A model generated the notes under the pieces. That model made no database searches, was not told the origin of the DNA, and saw only the letters and a list, made by a program, of their open reading frames with translations. From the NCBI RefSeq assembly GCF_022045235.1, contig NW_027266264.1, positions 54,684,001 to 54,748,000 of the forward strand: a DNA stretch of 64,000 nucleotides, read 5' to 3'. Both the position numbers and the translations under genes were made by a program. Source of the stretch: Haliotis cracherodii (Eukaryota). Shown here piece after piece: positions 25,017-38,200 of this stretch (positions within the stretch are counted from its first letter, which is position 1; every line of letters begins with the position of its first letter).

Positions 25017-25625
25017 TACAGGGTTGATTGCTAAGTTCTGATCCACGCATAGCTAGAATTGACCTAAAGGCATTACAGTGATGCATTTTTAAACATGCGT
25101 GTTCATCTTCCACAATCATACACTTTTGCCAACGATGTTGGAGGACTTTTAACACGGTTTCATAGAATTCCCCTGGGCTGTTAAAGATTTGAACAACTTT
25201 TATTATGTCATCGTTCGAGAAGATTCCGGCTAAAGCTTCCTTCATGTTTGGGAACAGAGGGAAGATGGGAGTCAGATCAGGAGATTAAAATGTGTGCTGA
25301 AGAAGCTCAAAGTCACACTCGTAGATAGTAGCCATGCCAATGACTGACTTGTGCACTTGCTCAGTGTTCTGGTGGAAGAACACATCTCTTCTCAGCTTCC
25401 CACGCCTCTTAGTCCTGATTTCATCAATAGTTGCCTCAAAAGTGCATGATGGTGTGCTCCGTTTATAGTCTGGCCTTCAGAAGATAGTCCACAACGATAG
25501 CGATCTTGACATACAAGAACAAGCTAGCCATTACCATTCCAGTTGACGGGGCTCGTGATCAGACTGGAAGTATCCTATGGTTGTTGTTACACCCCTCTGA
25601 AGTTGCTTTGGGTTTGTTACAAGGT
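25017..25625 (-). mobile_element. Degenerate mariner-type transposon, 3' half with one terminal repeat
   Basis: Minus-strand fragments VMAS..VDYLLK, KRRGKLRRDVFFHQ, SPDLTP, LFPNMKEALAG...LQHRWQKC; TIR-like TACAGGGTTGATTGCTAAGTTCTG after TA at 25015. Confidence 0.8.
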
Positions 25626-25644
25626 GTTCTCTGGGTGATTGTGT

Positions 25645-28600
25645 GTCGTCGACCTCCCACTTGTCGTCGCCCTCCCATATGTTGTCGTCGACCTCCAACT
25701 TGTTGTTATCTCTCTTCCACTTGGCATCACCACCCATCACTTGTTGTCATCACCTCCTACTTGTTGTCATCGCCCTCCTTCTTGTTGTCGTCGTTCTCTC
25801 ACTTGTTGTCATCTCCCTCCCACTTGTTGGCATCGCCCTCCTTCTTGTTGTCGTCGTTCTCCCACTTGTAGTCATCTCCCTTCCACTTGTAGTCATCTCC
25901 CTTCCATTTGTTGTCATCGCCCTCCCACTTGTTGTCATCGCCCTCCCACTTGTTGTCACCACCCATCACTTCTTGTCATCACCTCCCACTTGTTGTCATC
26001 GCCCTCCTACTTGTTGTTGTCGTTCTCCCACTTGTTGTCGTCGTTCTCCCACTTGTTGTCGTCTCCTTTCCACTTGTTGTCAATGCCATCCCACTTCTTG
26101 TCATCGCCCTCCTACTTGTTGTCAACTCCCTTCCACTTGTTGTCATCGCCCTCCTACTTGTTGTCATCTCCCTTCCACTTGTTGTCATCGCCCTCCTACT
26201 TGTTGTCAACTCCCTTCCACTTGTTGTCATCTCCCTTCCACTTGTTGTCATCGCCCTCCCATTTGTTGTCATCTCCCTCCTACTTGTTGTCAACTCCCTT
26301 CCACTTGTTGTCATCTCCCTTCCACTTGTTGTCAACTCCCTTCCACTTGTTGTCATCGCCCTCCTACTTGTTTTTCATCGCCCTCCTACTTGTTGTCGTC
26401 GTTCTCCCACTTGTTGTCGTCGTTCTCCCACTTGTTGTCATCTCCTTTCCACGTGTAGTCATCTCCCTTCCACTTGTTGTCAATTCCCTCCCACTTGTCA
26501 TCACCATCCGACTTGTCATCGTTCTCTAAATTGTTGTCATCGCCCTTCGTTTGGTTGCCATCGCCTTTCCACTTGTTGTCATCGCCCTCCCACTTGTTGT
26601 CATCGACCTCATACTTGTTGTCATCGACCTCATACTTGTTGTCATCGCCCTCCTACTTGTTGTCGTCGTTCTCCCACTTGTTGTCAACTCCCTTCCACTT
26701 GTTGTCAATTCCCTCCCACTTGTCATCACCATCCGACTTGTCATCGTTCTCTAAATTGTTGTCATCGCCCTTCGTTTGGTTGCCATCGCCTTTCCACTTG
26801 TTGTCATCGCCCTCCCACTTGTTGTCATCGCCCTCCCACTTCTTGTCATCACCCTCCCACTTCTTGTCATCACCCTTCCACTTCTTGTCATCACCCTCCC
26901 ACTTCTTGTCATCACCCTTCCACTTCTTGTCATCACCCTCCCACTTCTTGTCACCACCCTCCCACTTCTTGTCATCGCCCCCACTTCTTGTCATCACCCT
27001 TCCACTTCTTGTCATCACCCTCCCACTTCTTCTCATCACCCTTCCACTTCTTGTCATCACCCTCCCACTTCTTGTCATCACCCTCCCACTTCTTGTCATC
27101 ACCCTTCCACTTCTTGTCATCGCCCACACTTCTTGTCATCACCCTCCCACTTCTTGTCATCACCCTCCCACTTCTTGTCATCACCCTCCCACTTCTTGTC
27201 ATCACCCCACTTGTTGTCATCACCCTCCCACTTCTTGTCATCACCCTCCTACTTCTTGTCATCACCCTCCCACTTCTTGTCATCACCCTCCCACTTCTTG
27301 TCATCACCCTCCCACTTCTTGTTATCTCACTTCCACTTGTTGTCATCACCCTCCCACTTCTTGTCATCGCGCCCACTTCTTGTCATCACACTCCCACTTC
27401 TTGTTATCAACCTCCTACTTCTTGTCATCACCCTCCCACTTCTTGTTATCACCCTCCCACTTCTTGTCATCACCCTCCCACTTCTTGTCATCACCCTCCC
27501 ACTTCTTGTCATCACCCCACTTGTTGTCATCACCCTCCCACTTCTTGTCATCACCCTCCCACTTCTTGTCATCACCCTCCTACTTCTTGTCATCACCCTT
27601 CCACTTCTTGTCATCACCCTCCCACTTCTTGTCATCACCCTCCCACTTCTTGTTATCTCACTTCCACTTGTTGTCATCACCCTCCCACTTCTTGTCATCG
27701 CGCCCACTTCTTGTCATCACACTCCCACTTCTTGTTATCAACCTCCTACTTCTTGTCATCACCCTCCCACTTCTTGTTATCACCCTCCCACTTCTTGTCA
27801 TCGCCCCAACTTCTTGTCATCACCCTCCTACTTGTTGTCATCACCCTCCTACTTGTTGTCATTTCCCTTCCACTTGTTGTCAACTCCCTTCCACTTGTTG
27901 TCATCGCCCTCCTACTTGTTGTCATCGCCCTCCTACTTGTTGACATCGCCCTCCCACTTGTTGTCATCTTCCTTCCACTTGTTGTCAACTCCCTTCCACT
28001 TGTTGTCATCACCCTCCTACTTGAATGTTGTCATCGCCCTCCTACTTGTTGTCATCACCCTCCTACTTGTTGTCATCACCCTCCTACTTGTTGTCAGCTC
28101 CCTTCCACTTGTTGTCATCGCCCTCCTACTTGTTGTCATCGCCCTCCTACTTGTTGTCGTCGTTCTCCCACTTGTTGTCGTCGTTCTCCCACTTGTTGTC
28201 ATCTCCTTTCCACGTGTAGTCATCTCCCTTCCACTTGTTGTCAATTCCCTCCCACTTGTCATCACCATCCGACTTGTCATCGTTCTCTAAATTGTTGTCA
28301 TCGCCCTTCGTTTGGTTGCCATCGCCTTTCCACTTGTTGTCATCGCCCTCCCACTTGTTGTCATCGCCCTCCCACTTCTTGTCATCGCCCTCCCACTTCT
28401 TGTCATCACCCTCCCACTTCTTGTCACCACCCTCCCACTTCTTGTCATCGCCCCCACTTCTTGTCATCACCCTCCCACTTCTTGTTATCACACTCCCACT
28501 TCTTGTTATCACCCTCCCACTTCTTGTTATCATCCTCCCACTTCTAGTCATCACCCTCCCACTTCTTGTCATCGCCCCCACTTCTTGTCATCACCCTGCC

Positions 28601-28832
28601 ACTTCTTGTCATCACCCTCCCACTTCTTGTTATCACCCTCCCACTTCTTGTTATCACCCTCCCACTTCTTGTCATCGCCCCCACTTCTTGTCATCACACT
28701 CCCACTTCTTGTTATCATCCTCCCACTTCTTGTCATCACCCTCCCACTTCTTGTCATCGCCCTCACTTCTTGTCATCACACTCCCACTTCTTGTTATCAC
28801 CCACCCACTTCTTGTCATCACCCTCCCACTTG
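25645..28832. repeat. 21-bp pyrimidine-rich minisatellite (CACTTCTTGTCATCACCCTCC) with higher-order blocks
   Basis: About 3.2 kb tandem array with 19-22 bp variant units. Confidence 0.96.
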
Positions 28833-28833
28833 C

Positions 28834-29440
28834 ATAGTTCAGTCGACCTACAGGCACAAGTTATTCACTACCTCAATACGTATCTTTGTTTAGTTCAGAC
28901 AACCTACACACACACGTGTCATTCACCACCTCAATACGTCTCATTATAGAGGACCGCGTCATACCAAAAGACTTTAGAGATGGTACTTGTTGTTACTCTG
29001 TCTGTAGCTCGGCATTAAGGGGCTAAAACAAGGACTTGTCGGCTCGGAGTCAGTATACTGTGTCTGGGTGGGGTATTCATGTTAAACTGCGGCATGGTAT
29101 CTCAGTGAGCTAGCACTATAAATCGGCATCAGTCCGGACTAGTACAAGCAGCCACACAAACACACAGGTACATGCACGTCGCTACATAAGTGCAATAATC
29201 TTGGACACGACGTTAAACCCAATTTCACCTCACCTCACCTGATTATAGAGCTCCGCCAACGTACAAACGTGTGATTATCGTCTACAGTTCGTCTGCTTAT
29301 GAAGTTCCGCCAACATATAGGCACGTGTGATTCACGTCTTTAATACATCTCCTAACATAGTTCTGCGAACCAAAACGCACGTGTGATTTACACCCTTAAT
29401 ACATTCCCTTCTATATCTCAGACAACCTTCACGCAGGAGT
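28834..29440. repeat. Degenerate ~57-bp tandem repeat interrupted by SINE D
   Basis: Recurrent tagttc..caacc..cacgtgtgatt..aatac units on both sides of the SINE. Confidence 0.55.
28952..29241 (+). mobile_element. SINE family D (Meta/MESC-type core), 5'-truncated
   Basis: gtcataccaaaagactttagagatggtacttg core, (CACCT)n tail, 9-bp TSD ATTATAGAG. Confidence 0.8.
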
Positions 29441-30193
29441 CACCTAACATATATGTGTACCTATCCATCTATATAACATGTTCCTGTCAACAATAACATG
29501 ATTGATATACATATACCTCTATGTACCCAACATCTGAAGGATCCATCCCAGACTGTGAAATGAAGAAGCTACACTGGTGCTGCTTCATCTACAGGGCGCC
29601 ACAACAGGCGGTGCAGCTACCAATCATTGTAACCTTCATCCCCATGTCACCGCAGACATTATATCAATACATGTACACCGACCCACAGGGCAAAATGAAG
29701 TCAAGAAAGTCCTCTGTAATTTGTCCCCAAAATAAGTTCCATTAATGTTTATTCCGGTGATCTATTTCAGAAATCCATACACTGAACGATCATAGAAGGC
29801 TCTTCCATGCCAGCAGGCTCAACCATTCCTGTCTTCATCACTCTCATTTGTCACCATATCAGCAGACTCCTGAAGCAAACAGTCTTTGTACAGGGCACTT
29901 CTTCTTCATAAAAGATATTGACAGCCATCCTTCATCCACACGTCCCATACATGTACCTGGCAACCCTTTGAAAAGTGCAGTTGTAATGACATCCAATTGA
30001 AATTACTTGAAAGAAAAGCGTGACTTTTAATGACAAAGGTCAGTAGAATTTGATCACCTTGGCTTTTATCACCATACGCATCCCGTATTGTAATACAGAC
30101 TTACGAAAATCGTAGCTCTAACCTCGTTTCGTGTTACAAGAAGGCCATGTTTAAAACCAACAGCCAAATCACATTTAAAAAAATAAAGATAAC

Positions 30194-30630
30194 TAAAGGA
30201 GGAAGTTGGATAAGGGCATATTTGTCTCACTGAGAATTTTAAAGTTAAGAATATCACATCATATACATGTTAAAATGGTTGACAACAAGCCTGTTCTCTT
30301 TCTGGCATGTGTAAGGTTTGGAGTTGACATGATCAAATACGCATATGGGGATAAAATGAGTGAAAAGGGCAGATATTTGAAAATTTAAGTATGAACAAGT
30401 TCGTGACCCAAAATGAAGTTTTTTCCATATGTTTATGACGGTTTTTTTGTACATTGATAATCAGGTTTGGCCAAAGACTTGCTTAGTCCTAAGCATGCAA
30501 TTGTTGAACAAAGGTTAGTTCTCTATCATATGAGCAAATCTGATAACTTTCACAACAAATTAAATTTAAAAAGTTCTTAATTTTTGCCGACCATGGCCAA
30601 AAAGGGTCCTTATCCTACCTTAGCCTTTTA
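30194..30630. mobile_element. Possible non-autonomous DNA transposon (Kolobok-like termini)
   Basis: Imperfect inverted ends aaggaggaagttggataagg / ccttatcctaccttagcctt (about 15/20) with TTAA-like flanks. Confidence 0.4.
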
Positions 30631-31104
30631 TGTCTTGAAACTACAAGAGATCATTCAGGAAGAATTGCAAACTCGGAAAAAGATACAAGCGAACCCGTGA
30701 CCAAGTGATTGTGTAGTAGATTGCACCAATAATTGTTACAGTACTCATTTTGAAATGGTCAATACTTGACTTGCATTTGCATGTGATGGGTGCCACAGAT
30801 GGTGCAGGATACGCTCACTTATTCGCGAATACCTAGTATCATTACTATTTGATGGTGATCCATAAATACTTGCCTATGATATAGTCAGAATCGTACAATC
30901 GAGTCCGCTTTTACCAGACATTCCATATTGTTTTTTTAGATTTTGTTGCTTTTATTGAATTGCAATCTATTAAATGTTTTACGGTTCATTTCGCACTTAT
31001 TGTTTGCCCAATGCCTGTATTTGTTCTTTCGAATTACACTTACATCCATAGTAGGTCATACGTATCTCAACAATGTTAAATTGGGCACATCAGGATTGAG
31101 ATAA

Positions 31105-31186
31105 ACGCATTGTACTCATGTGGGGACTCGAACCTGGATTATCCTGCGTGGTGAGCGAACAATTAAACCACTAGGGTACCCCACCC
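31105..31186 (-). mobile_element. SINE family B head fragment
   Basis: ggggactcgaacctgg...aaccactagggtaccccacc (B box and A box on the minus strand). Confidence 0.6.
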
Positions 31187-31928
31187 TACCAGTTAGTACT
31201 ACATGTGGAAATGAGACCAGTGATTGTGGTGTCACTATCGATACCAGTGAAATACAATATTGTTCAATACATTGCTCGAACAGTCATGCCAATATACACT
31301 ATTAGAAACTACGAAAACCGGATCGTCGGTTGCATCCTTTCACAAAATGCATATGCGTCTGGATGCAGCGCTCTTTACAAATATTATACGACAGTTGGAC
31401 AGCTGTGATGAAAGCTTTCACTATTACCAATTTCATTGTGGCCTAAAAAGTCATTTTCGACCGTCAAATCCCTGGACGCGTGTTTATCTGCGTTTATAAC
31501 GAGGCACGAATTCCGTGAGTGTGGCCCTGTAGCCTGCGGCTCAAAGTCATGGGGTACGGTGGCAACAATTGTCTAATACGCCGCTATTAGGAGACTGTGA
31601 AAAATAGCATTTCTTAGCTGCGCCGGATCCGCTGGTCATGGGATCCCAGAGTCTCCACGATTACGACTCTTTATTTTTCAGAGCAATTTCCGTGAGTTTC
31701 ATCAGATTTTCACGTTTATCAGCTGACCAGTACTTTTACATGTATGTCAGAAGAAATGATCGTTAAAGTTGCAATCATACTTCCCGTTTACAAACGGCTT
31801 CCATATTCGTTCAATTTGAATTCTTCTTTGGCAGGAGTATGAATATGACAGGCCGAGATAAAAACACCCTCTGAGTGCATGGACAAGATATGTATCATAT
31901 ACCTGACACACACAGGAAACGAATAACT

Positions 31929-32267
31929 GAAGGTGAGCTGAAATGGGGTTAACGTCGCGTTCAAGGTTATTGCACATATATAACGACGCCCATGCATGTG
32001 TGTGAGAGAGTGGCTGCCTGTACTAGTCAGGACAAATGCTTGCCCACTGAGAAACCATGATGCTGTTTAACATGGATACCGTACTGAGACACAGCATACG
32101 GACTCCCGGGCAACCAGTCCTTTCTTTATCCCTTTTATGCCGAGCGCTAGGCAGGGTAACAACAAGTAACATGTTTTGAAGTATTTTTGGTTTGATGCGG
32201 GCGGTTCGAACCACCGACATTCCGCTCTCGGAACAGACGCTCTATCCACTAAACCACGACGGCGATC
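31929..32267 (-). mobile_element. SINE family D copy with tRNA-like head
   Basis: Minus-strand B-box GGTTCGAACC, then catcaaaccaaaaatacttcaaaac..ttacttg core and the same 3' region as 28952-29241. Confidence 0.7.
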
Positions 32268-34121
32268 AAAGGAATTACAAATGGAAAAGCTACATATGAA
32301 TGTTCATTCTATCCCGTTACTGTGCAGAATAAAATTTCTCACATTCCGTTTGATGGCGTTCATGGAACCAATTTATATATGCAGTCCTTAAATCTGAATT
32401 ACATGAGCTGGTGATAATTCATTGCATCTATCTAACCCTCAACCGAACTGTCACGTGTACTAGGAATTTTACCATTAATCATGACCATATGGAAATTTTG
32501 CAGGAACATTTTCATGTCGCACTCAACATGCATGATAGGCGGACATTTGTCACGCACCTCTGCATGAAAATAGACATTCTTCCAAAATTCCTGTTTTACA
32601 ATCGGTATGGACCAATTCAGAAGTTTTAATTACACCACTTCAGTTGCCTCATAGCTCACAAGGCATTACAGTCTTCACTATCACGTATTCTACTGCAAGA
32701 AACAATCTCACTAATCAATTGAATAGATCTTTAAGTAGCATCATCTCCATGTTGCTTTGATGGAAATGGTCAACCGTTTTTTACTGTGTCTATTGCAAAG
32801 CTGCTAAAACGTCCGGTTTCAAAATTCAATCCTTTCCTGGTTCCCTTAAGGTCGGGGCTGTATTTCACGGTCAGAGACGCCTTTCTCTAGCTACAAATTA
32901 ACATCGATTTTTCACTGTGTTTAGAAAACTCATGCTTCTACACGGTACGAGCTTCACAACATTATCAACTAACCTCAGAAAAGCCAGAAACAAGTGAAAG
33001 ATGATATCCCTATGTTGTAGAACAACGCCTTTCTCTCAGACCACTCTTGAGAATTATCAACTTGAGCTTTCAAAAAGCTACAAATGTCTGGAGTCTGTGG
33101 TATTTATGGTCTCAACACGGTTCTGTCAGTTCACCCGCCATCACAGCATCAGGAGGATGTCTTAATTGCTATGCGTGTCACTTTGTTACTGATACACATT
33201 GTCATATACGTCAAAATCTCTCTGCCTAAATATAATTTCATTTACATTATGAAACCGTTAAATAGCAGCTTTGGTTTGGTGGTGAAACAATGATACCGTT
33301 TCCAGATTAATTCGCTTTTGATCTGAATACTTTCCAATCGGAGTTTGTGCTTAATAATTACTGAACTGAGATTATTACCATTTTGAATTATTTCTTCAGC
33401 CCAACACTTTGCATAAGTCCAAGTTGCCATGACAACCGCCTTAGAGAATGAGCCAATTGAAAGTAGATCGATGGGGACTGCTATTTTTCTTCAAGACAAA
33501 TTCTGTTCTCGAGTTGTCCTTCCACAGATGGCTGATTACATAGTCTCAAATAGTCGAATCGCAGGTGGTTGTTGAGAACGCAGTTGGCAAACAAATTGGA
33601 AACCTGATTCTAACGCCGGCGTCATCATTGTTATTGTTTTTTAGGTATCAGGAAACCCTGGGATGACAATGCGCGGACTTCAAGTGTGATCAAATTGATC
33701 AAATTCTGAAATCACTTTGAATAAAAGAAAAAAATCTTATCGTACGAAACCTTTTGTGCAAAGGCCATCATCAAAATCTCAATAAATCGTCCTCAGCCAC
33801 GTTCGTTCAACATTATATTGACAATATTGATTTGACTTAATACCATAAGTGAACGAAAAGAAGGTCGAGTCGATATAAATCCGAAAAAAATCGTTTGTTC
33901 CTAACTATTAAGCAGTGGATACTTCCTTCTGTGTAAACAAACTGCAAGTTACTCGGTCTGCCTCTGAATTAACGATGTAATTATGTTTGAATAAAAGTGT
34001 AATTAAAAGCTTTTTTTCTGTCTGGTTGCATGAAGGTAACGTGTCCATAGTTATCCGACAGCACGTCTCAGATGGTCATAAAAGTGTGTATGAAACAGTA
34101 AAACAAGACTTTGCAGTTAGT

Positions 34122-34139
34122 TTTATTGTTAGTTTTATT
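34122..34139 (-). terminator. Candidate polyadenylation signals of the nAChR gene
   Basis: Two AATAAA hexamers on the minus strand about 510-530 nt downstream of the stop codon. Confidence 0.4.
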
Positions 34140-34650
34140 GTTTTAATGTATTTACACTTGGTACGTACGGCATAAGAGGCGCCATAATACCTACACACGG
34201 GTATGATGGATTTGTAAAGCTTCTAAAAATACACTTATCTATATATAATCATTTGTTTCCTTTTTATACACCATTGCTAAATGAAACGTTTCTATGCTTA
34301 CTATTCCGGTGCCTGAACACAGTCTAGTAACATTCATGCAGGTAAAGCAAAATGTTACTATGAGTATAAATGTGTAAATAGTTTTCGAATTGTGACTTTT
34401 ATGATATTTCGTATACATATCAAGGACATGAAGTTAAAATCGGTGCGTCTGCTTTCATACAGTCTATACGTTGTATGATCACATCAGTACACTAGACGTT
34501 AGCAAATGAACTTTCATTGAACCCCAGTAAGCCTACAGTAAAATATGATACATTCCAATTGAGCACATCAGATGACAATAAATGTACAGGTAACAATCTT
34601 TAGGTTCATATTGCTGTAATAGACTGCCAGAAAGACATGTGCTTATGTTG

Positions 34651-35279
34651 TCATTTCCCTTCATCCTCTGCATATTTAACGGCTGGGACGATAACAAGAA
34701 CCACGAGTGTTGAGAAAAGGGTGATAAACATGAACAACCAGAACATGAGTCTATCGACCACAAGCGCCACCTGTTTCCATTCATCATTCATTTCATTAGC
34801 TCTATCCTCATCATCGTTCTTCTCCACAATCAACTTGAGGTACCTCAGAAGCTCCTCCATCCCTGTTCCTGACCGCTCGTACAGATGCATCCGAACGTCC
34901 GAGCTCGAATCCTTATTGGAAAAACTACGTCTTGTAGACGATCGAAATTCAACACTGAGATTATCATCGGATCTTGATCCCATTTCTTGTGGATGATTTG
35001 ACTTTGGAACTAAGCAGTGATCGCCAAGAAGGCGTGAACAAGCATCTGAAGGTTCTGTATCTTTGGTAGGCGTGACTACAATGAATGGCCTGCTTTGATC
35101 AACATTGGGGTTTGTGACACAGCTACATCGTACTATAGATGCCAGCAGCTTGAGGACAAGATATCGCACCCAGTTAGGAACCTCCGCCTGGTTTGGAGGA
35201 CAGTGGTGAAGTTTTAATATAAAGACAGTCAAGATTACAGACACTGATGCCACAGCCATGGACATGGTTAGGTAGATCT
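34651..35279 (-). CDS. nAChR subunit exon 5 (M3, cytoplasmic loop, M4, stop)
   Basis: Acceptor tatttcag; IYLTMSMAVASVSVILTVFILKLHH...EWKQVALVVDRLMFWLF...EGK, TGA at 34653-34651. Confidence 0.95.
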
Positions 35280-38200
35280 CTGAAATAGAAATAGAAACGT
35301 ACCATTACACGAATTTATACGTTTTTTGTCAGCTACAGTGGTCTACGCCATCTGACAAATTCTTGTACTGAAACTTATAATTCATTGTAGTTACAACAAA
35401 TAAGCGAAAAGCATTACACTGATATTGTTTTGCTCGACTTGAAACTCAACTTTTCGACTCCTTTATAAAGACATGGCTTGGCCTTGACATGAAACAGTGC
35501 TTTGTTAAACAGCAAAAGTGACGTATTAAGAGAATGCAGTGTGGATAAGAAATGTGAGAATCTGGGGTTTAGGTCGCATTACAGTTACATCACAAATGCC
35601 CTATTAAAGAAGCATCGTGTGAGATGCTCCAAAGAGTTTCCAATTCCGTGGAAAGTATACTAATCTTCGACCAAATAAATCAAGTGGCACTGTTTTGGCT
35701 AGTTGAAAGATACCACTTACGTGATTAAAGTTGTCCTGAGAAAATTAAAAGGCAGAATCCAAATGAGAAGACTTTATTGTGAATTGTTTTCAACCAGCAG
35801 GAAGCTAGACTATTGAGCTAGAGTAGTGATCATTTCACTTGTATTGTTGCCAGTGGCTGATGCTTGGAATGGCAGAATCTTTGTTAAAGTCCCTGAGATA
35901 TATCCCTTTTCGCCAATGAGGCGTACATGTCGTTCTTGGTTAAGTAATCTATCACATTAAAGCCAAATCGTCTTAACTGACCACACTCACTGCCTCCTTA
36001 GCAATCCCTTGACCCCTCACCCTCCCTCAACAACAGTTACTGCAATTTCAATATGATCAATCGTATCACTCTTGATTACAAAACAGTTTATGAAAAGAAG
36101 AAACTGCTCATTTTAGTGAGAACACATCAAAAGAAATTCATTGAGCCTGCAAATTGGTTTTTGAAATTGCAATTTTATTTTCAAATTAAATTTGAAAACG
36201 TTGAGCGTTACCGCACGGCGAAGTTGCAATTGGTTAAATCTCTCTAATTCCCGTAAAGGCAATGTGACAGTTCTCATGGGCTGTGTTAACATTGCTCTGC
36301 AACTCTGCACTGGTGTGCACACGAGTTTATCGATAAGTCTTAGGGGAAAGAACGTGGTCAATGGAATTCCTTAGATGGTCTGGTTTACACTGAAAACACA
36401 CTTTGGAAAGTGCAAACGTTCCTATCGTTGGGTTACTTTCTAAATAAATCATGTTGTTACCAAGCCTGACCTTCTTTCGTGGAGGAACCCTCTAAATCAG
36501 TTAATCACACAAGTACAACAGAGCATCATTAAGATTCCTTTCATGTTGTTTTTTCACAAAACAACCTTTATTTCTTATCCAGTTTATAGTTCAGTTCAAA
36601 TTTCGAAACCCATCTCACATTTACTGATTATATGGTGTCTCGTACCGAGGAGTGGGAGATCGTTTACATGTATATTACTTTTCCTGCTGTGGCTACGGTT
36701 GAAACGGCCAATGCATTTGATCCATCAAAGAAATCCTAAACTAATAATTGTTGTAAAGCAATTAAATTTTTTAACGCCTTACTCAAGTAATGAAGGCCCG
36801 TGGTTTTTATAACTATGCAACAGTGTCTATGTGCTCCTATCGTGTTTTCCCCGTGGGAATTCCAGAATAGAATACCTTCCCAGAAATCTATGATGGTCGT
36901 AAGATCGGGTGGTCTGACTCCGTGACTTGGTTGATTGCGTATCATCTTACCCCGATGGTGTGGATCAATACTCACAATATTAATCACTTAATTGTAAGGC
37001 CCGCACTCGAATTCCTCCAGGCCAACGTCGTATAACCAAATTATTGCTGAGTGCGACGCAAAACAACAAACCAACAGATCCTATCTTGTTTAGAAATATA
37101 TCCACCATGCTATCAACAAAGTCTGATTTATCCCTTGATGTCTAATTTGTAGATTGTGTGAAATATACAATAGTCACAATATGGCTATAATAGTGGCGAA
37201 GTGACATTCAAATTTGAACTCACACACAATAGACAAACATCATAACGTGAACATACTACCAACAGTGTATAATCCCCATATCCTAACAACATTGATGTCT
37301 TTAACATTATTCATGTACAATTACCAACTTGAAGTGTTTATTTGTTTGTTTTAACGCCGCACTCAGCAATATTCCAGCTATATGACGACGGTCTGTAAAT
37401 AATCGAGTCTGGACCAGACAATCCAGTGATTGACATCATGAACACCGATCCATGCAATTGGGATCGATGACAGGTGTGGTAGATAGTAGTTCTGTATATA
37501 TTAATCATGTTTTATTAATTAGCTTTTAATTTACTGTATATGTTGTCAATAATGGTATTTTGTAAATTTCAGATATTGCAGTAATTGAGAATCGTTTATT
37601 TTATTTCTCAGTTCATGTGTAAATCCATTAAACTTATATAACTAAGCTTATTATTGTGAAATGATATAAATGAAATATCATGTATAGCTTATAAGTGTAG
37701 TAGATTATTATTTAATCTGCTTCGGTTTTGATGTCCTAGATATAATTGTATGTTTATTATTGTATTCATTGTTCCAGGGTGTCGGTTTATCACCACAGAA
37801 AATAAATTAATCAGACCTCACACCCTAGCCTGTGTCATTATGTTATTTAGGATACATATGCACATTTTTATGGCCACAACACAGGCATCAACCAAGTCAG
37901 CGAGCCTGACCACCCGATCCCGTTAGTCGCCTTTTACGACAAGCAAAGTCGCCTTTTACGGCAAGGATGGGTTGATGAAGACCTTTTCTACCCCGGATCT
38001 TCACGGGTCAAAACTGAATAACGCATATTTACAAGTCATATTCTTTGTGTCGCTGGTAATATAAGTTGGTCTTTTGAAGTTTTCTTTATAAAATAGTGTT
38101 CACAATTAATTTCAAGGGCAATTTATTTCCAAACGTGCGTGGATAGTTTTCAAACTTCAGAATCAAACTTCAAACTTCATGTCCGGAAAACAAATAGTGT

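Noticed and set aside
25639-28949. Long ORFs (up to 879 aa; SSPSHLL, TSCHHPP, LLVITLP, GDDKKWE repeats)
   Set aside because: They result from a stop-free 21-bp unit. Many frames are open at once, and 19/20/22-bp variants shift frame freely, which argues against coding constraint.
34637-34996. 119-aa plus-strand ORF overlapping the last nAChR exon
   Set aside because: Antisense shadow ORF with no recognisable domain.
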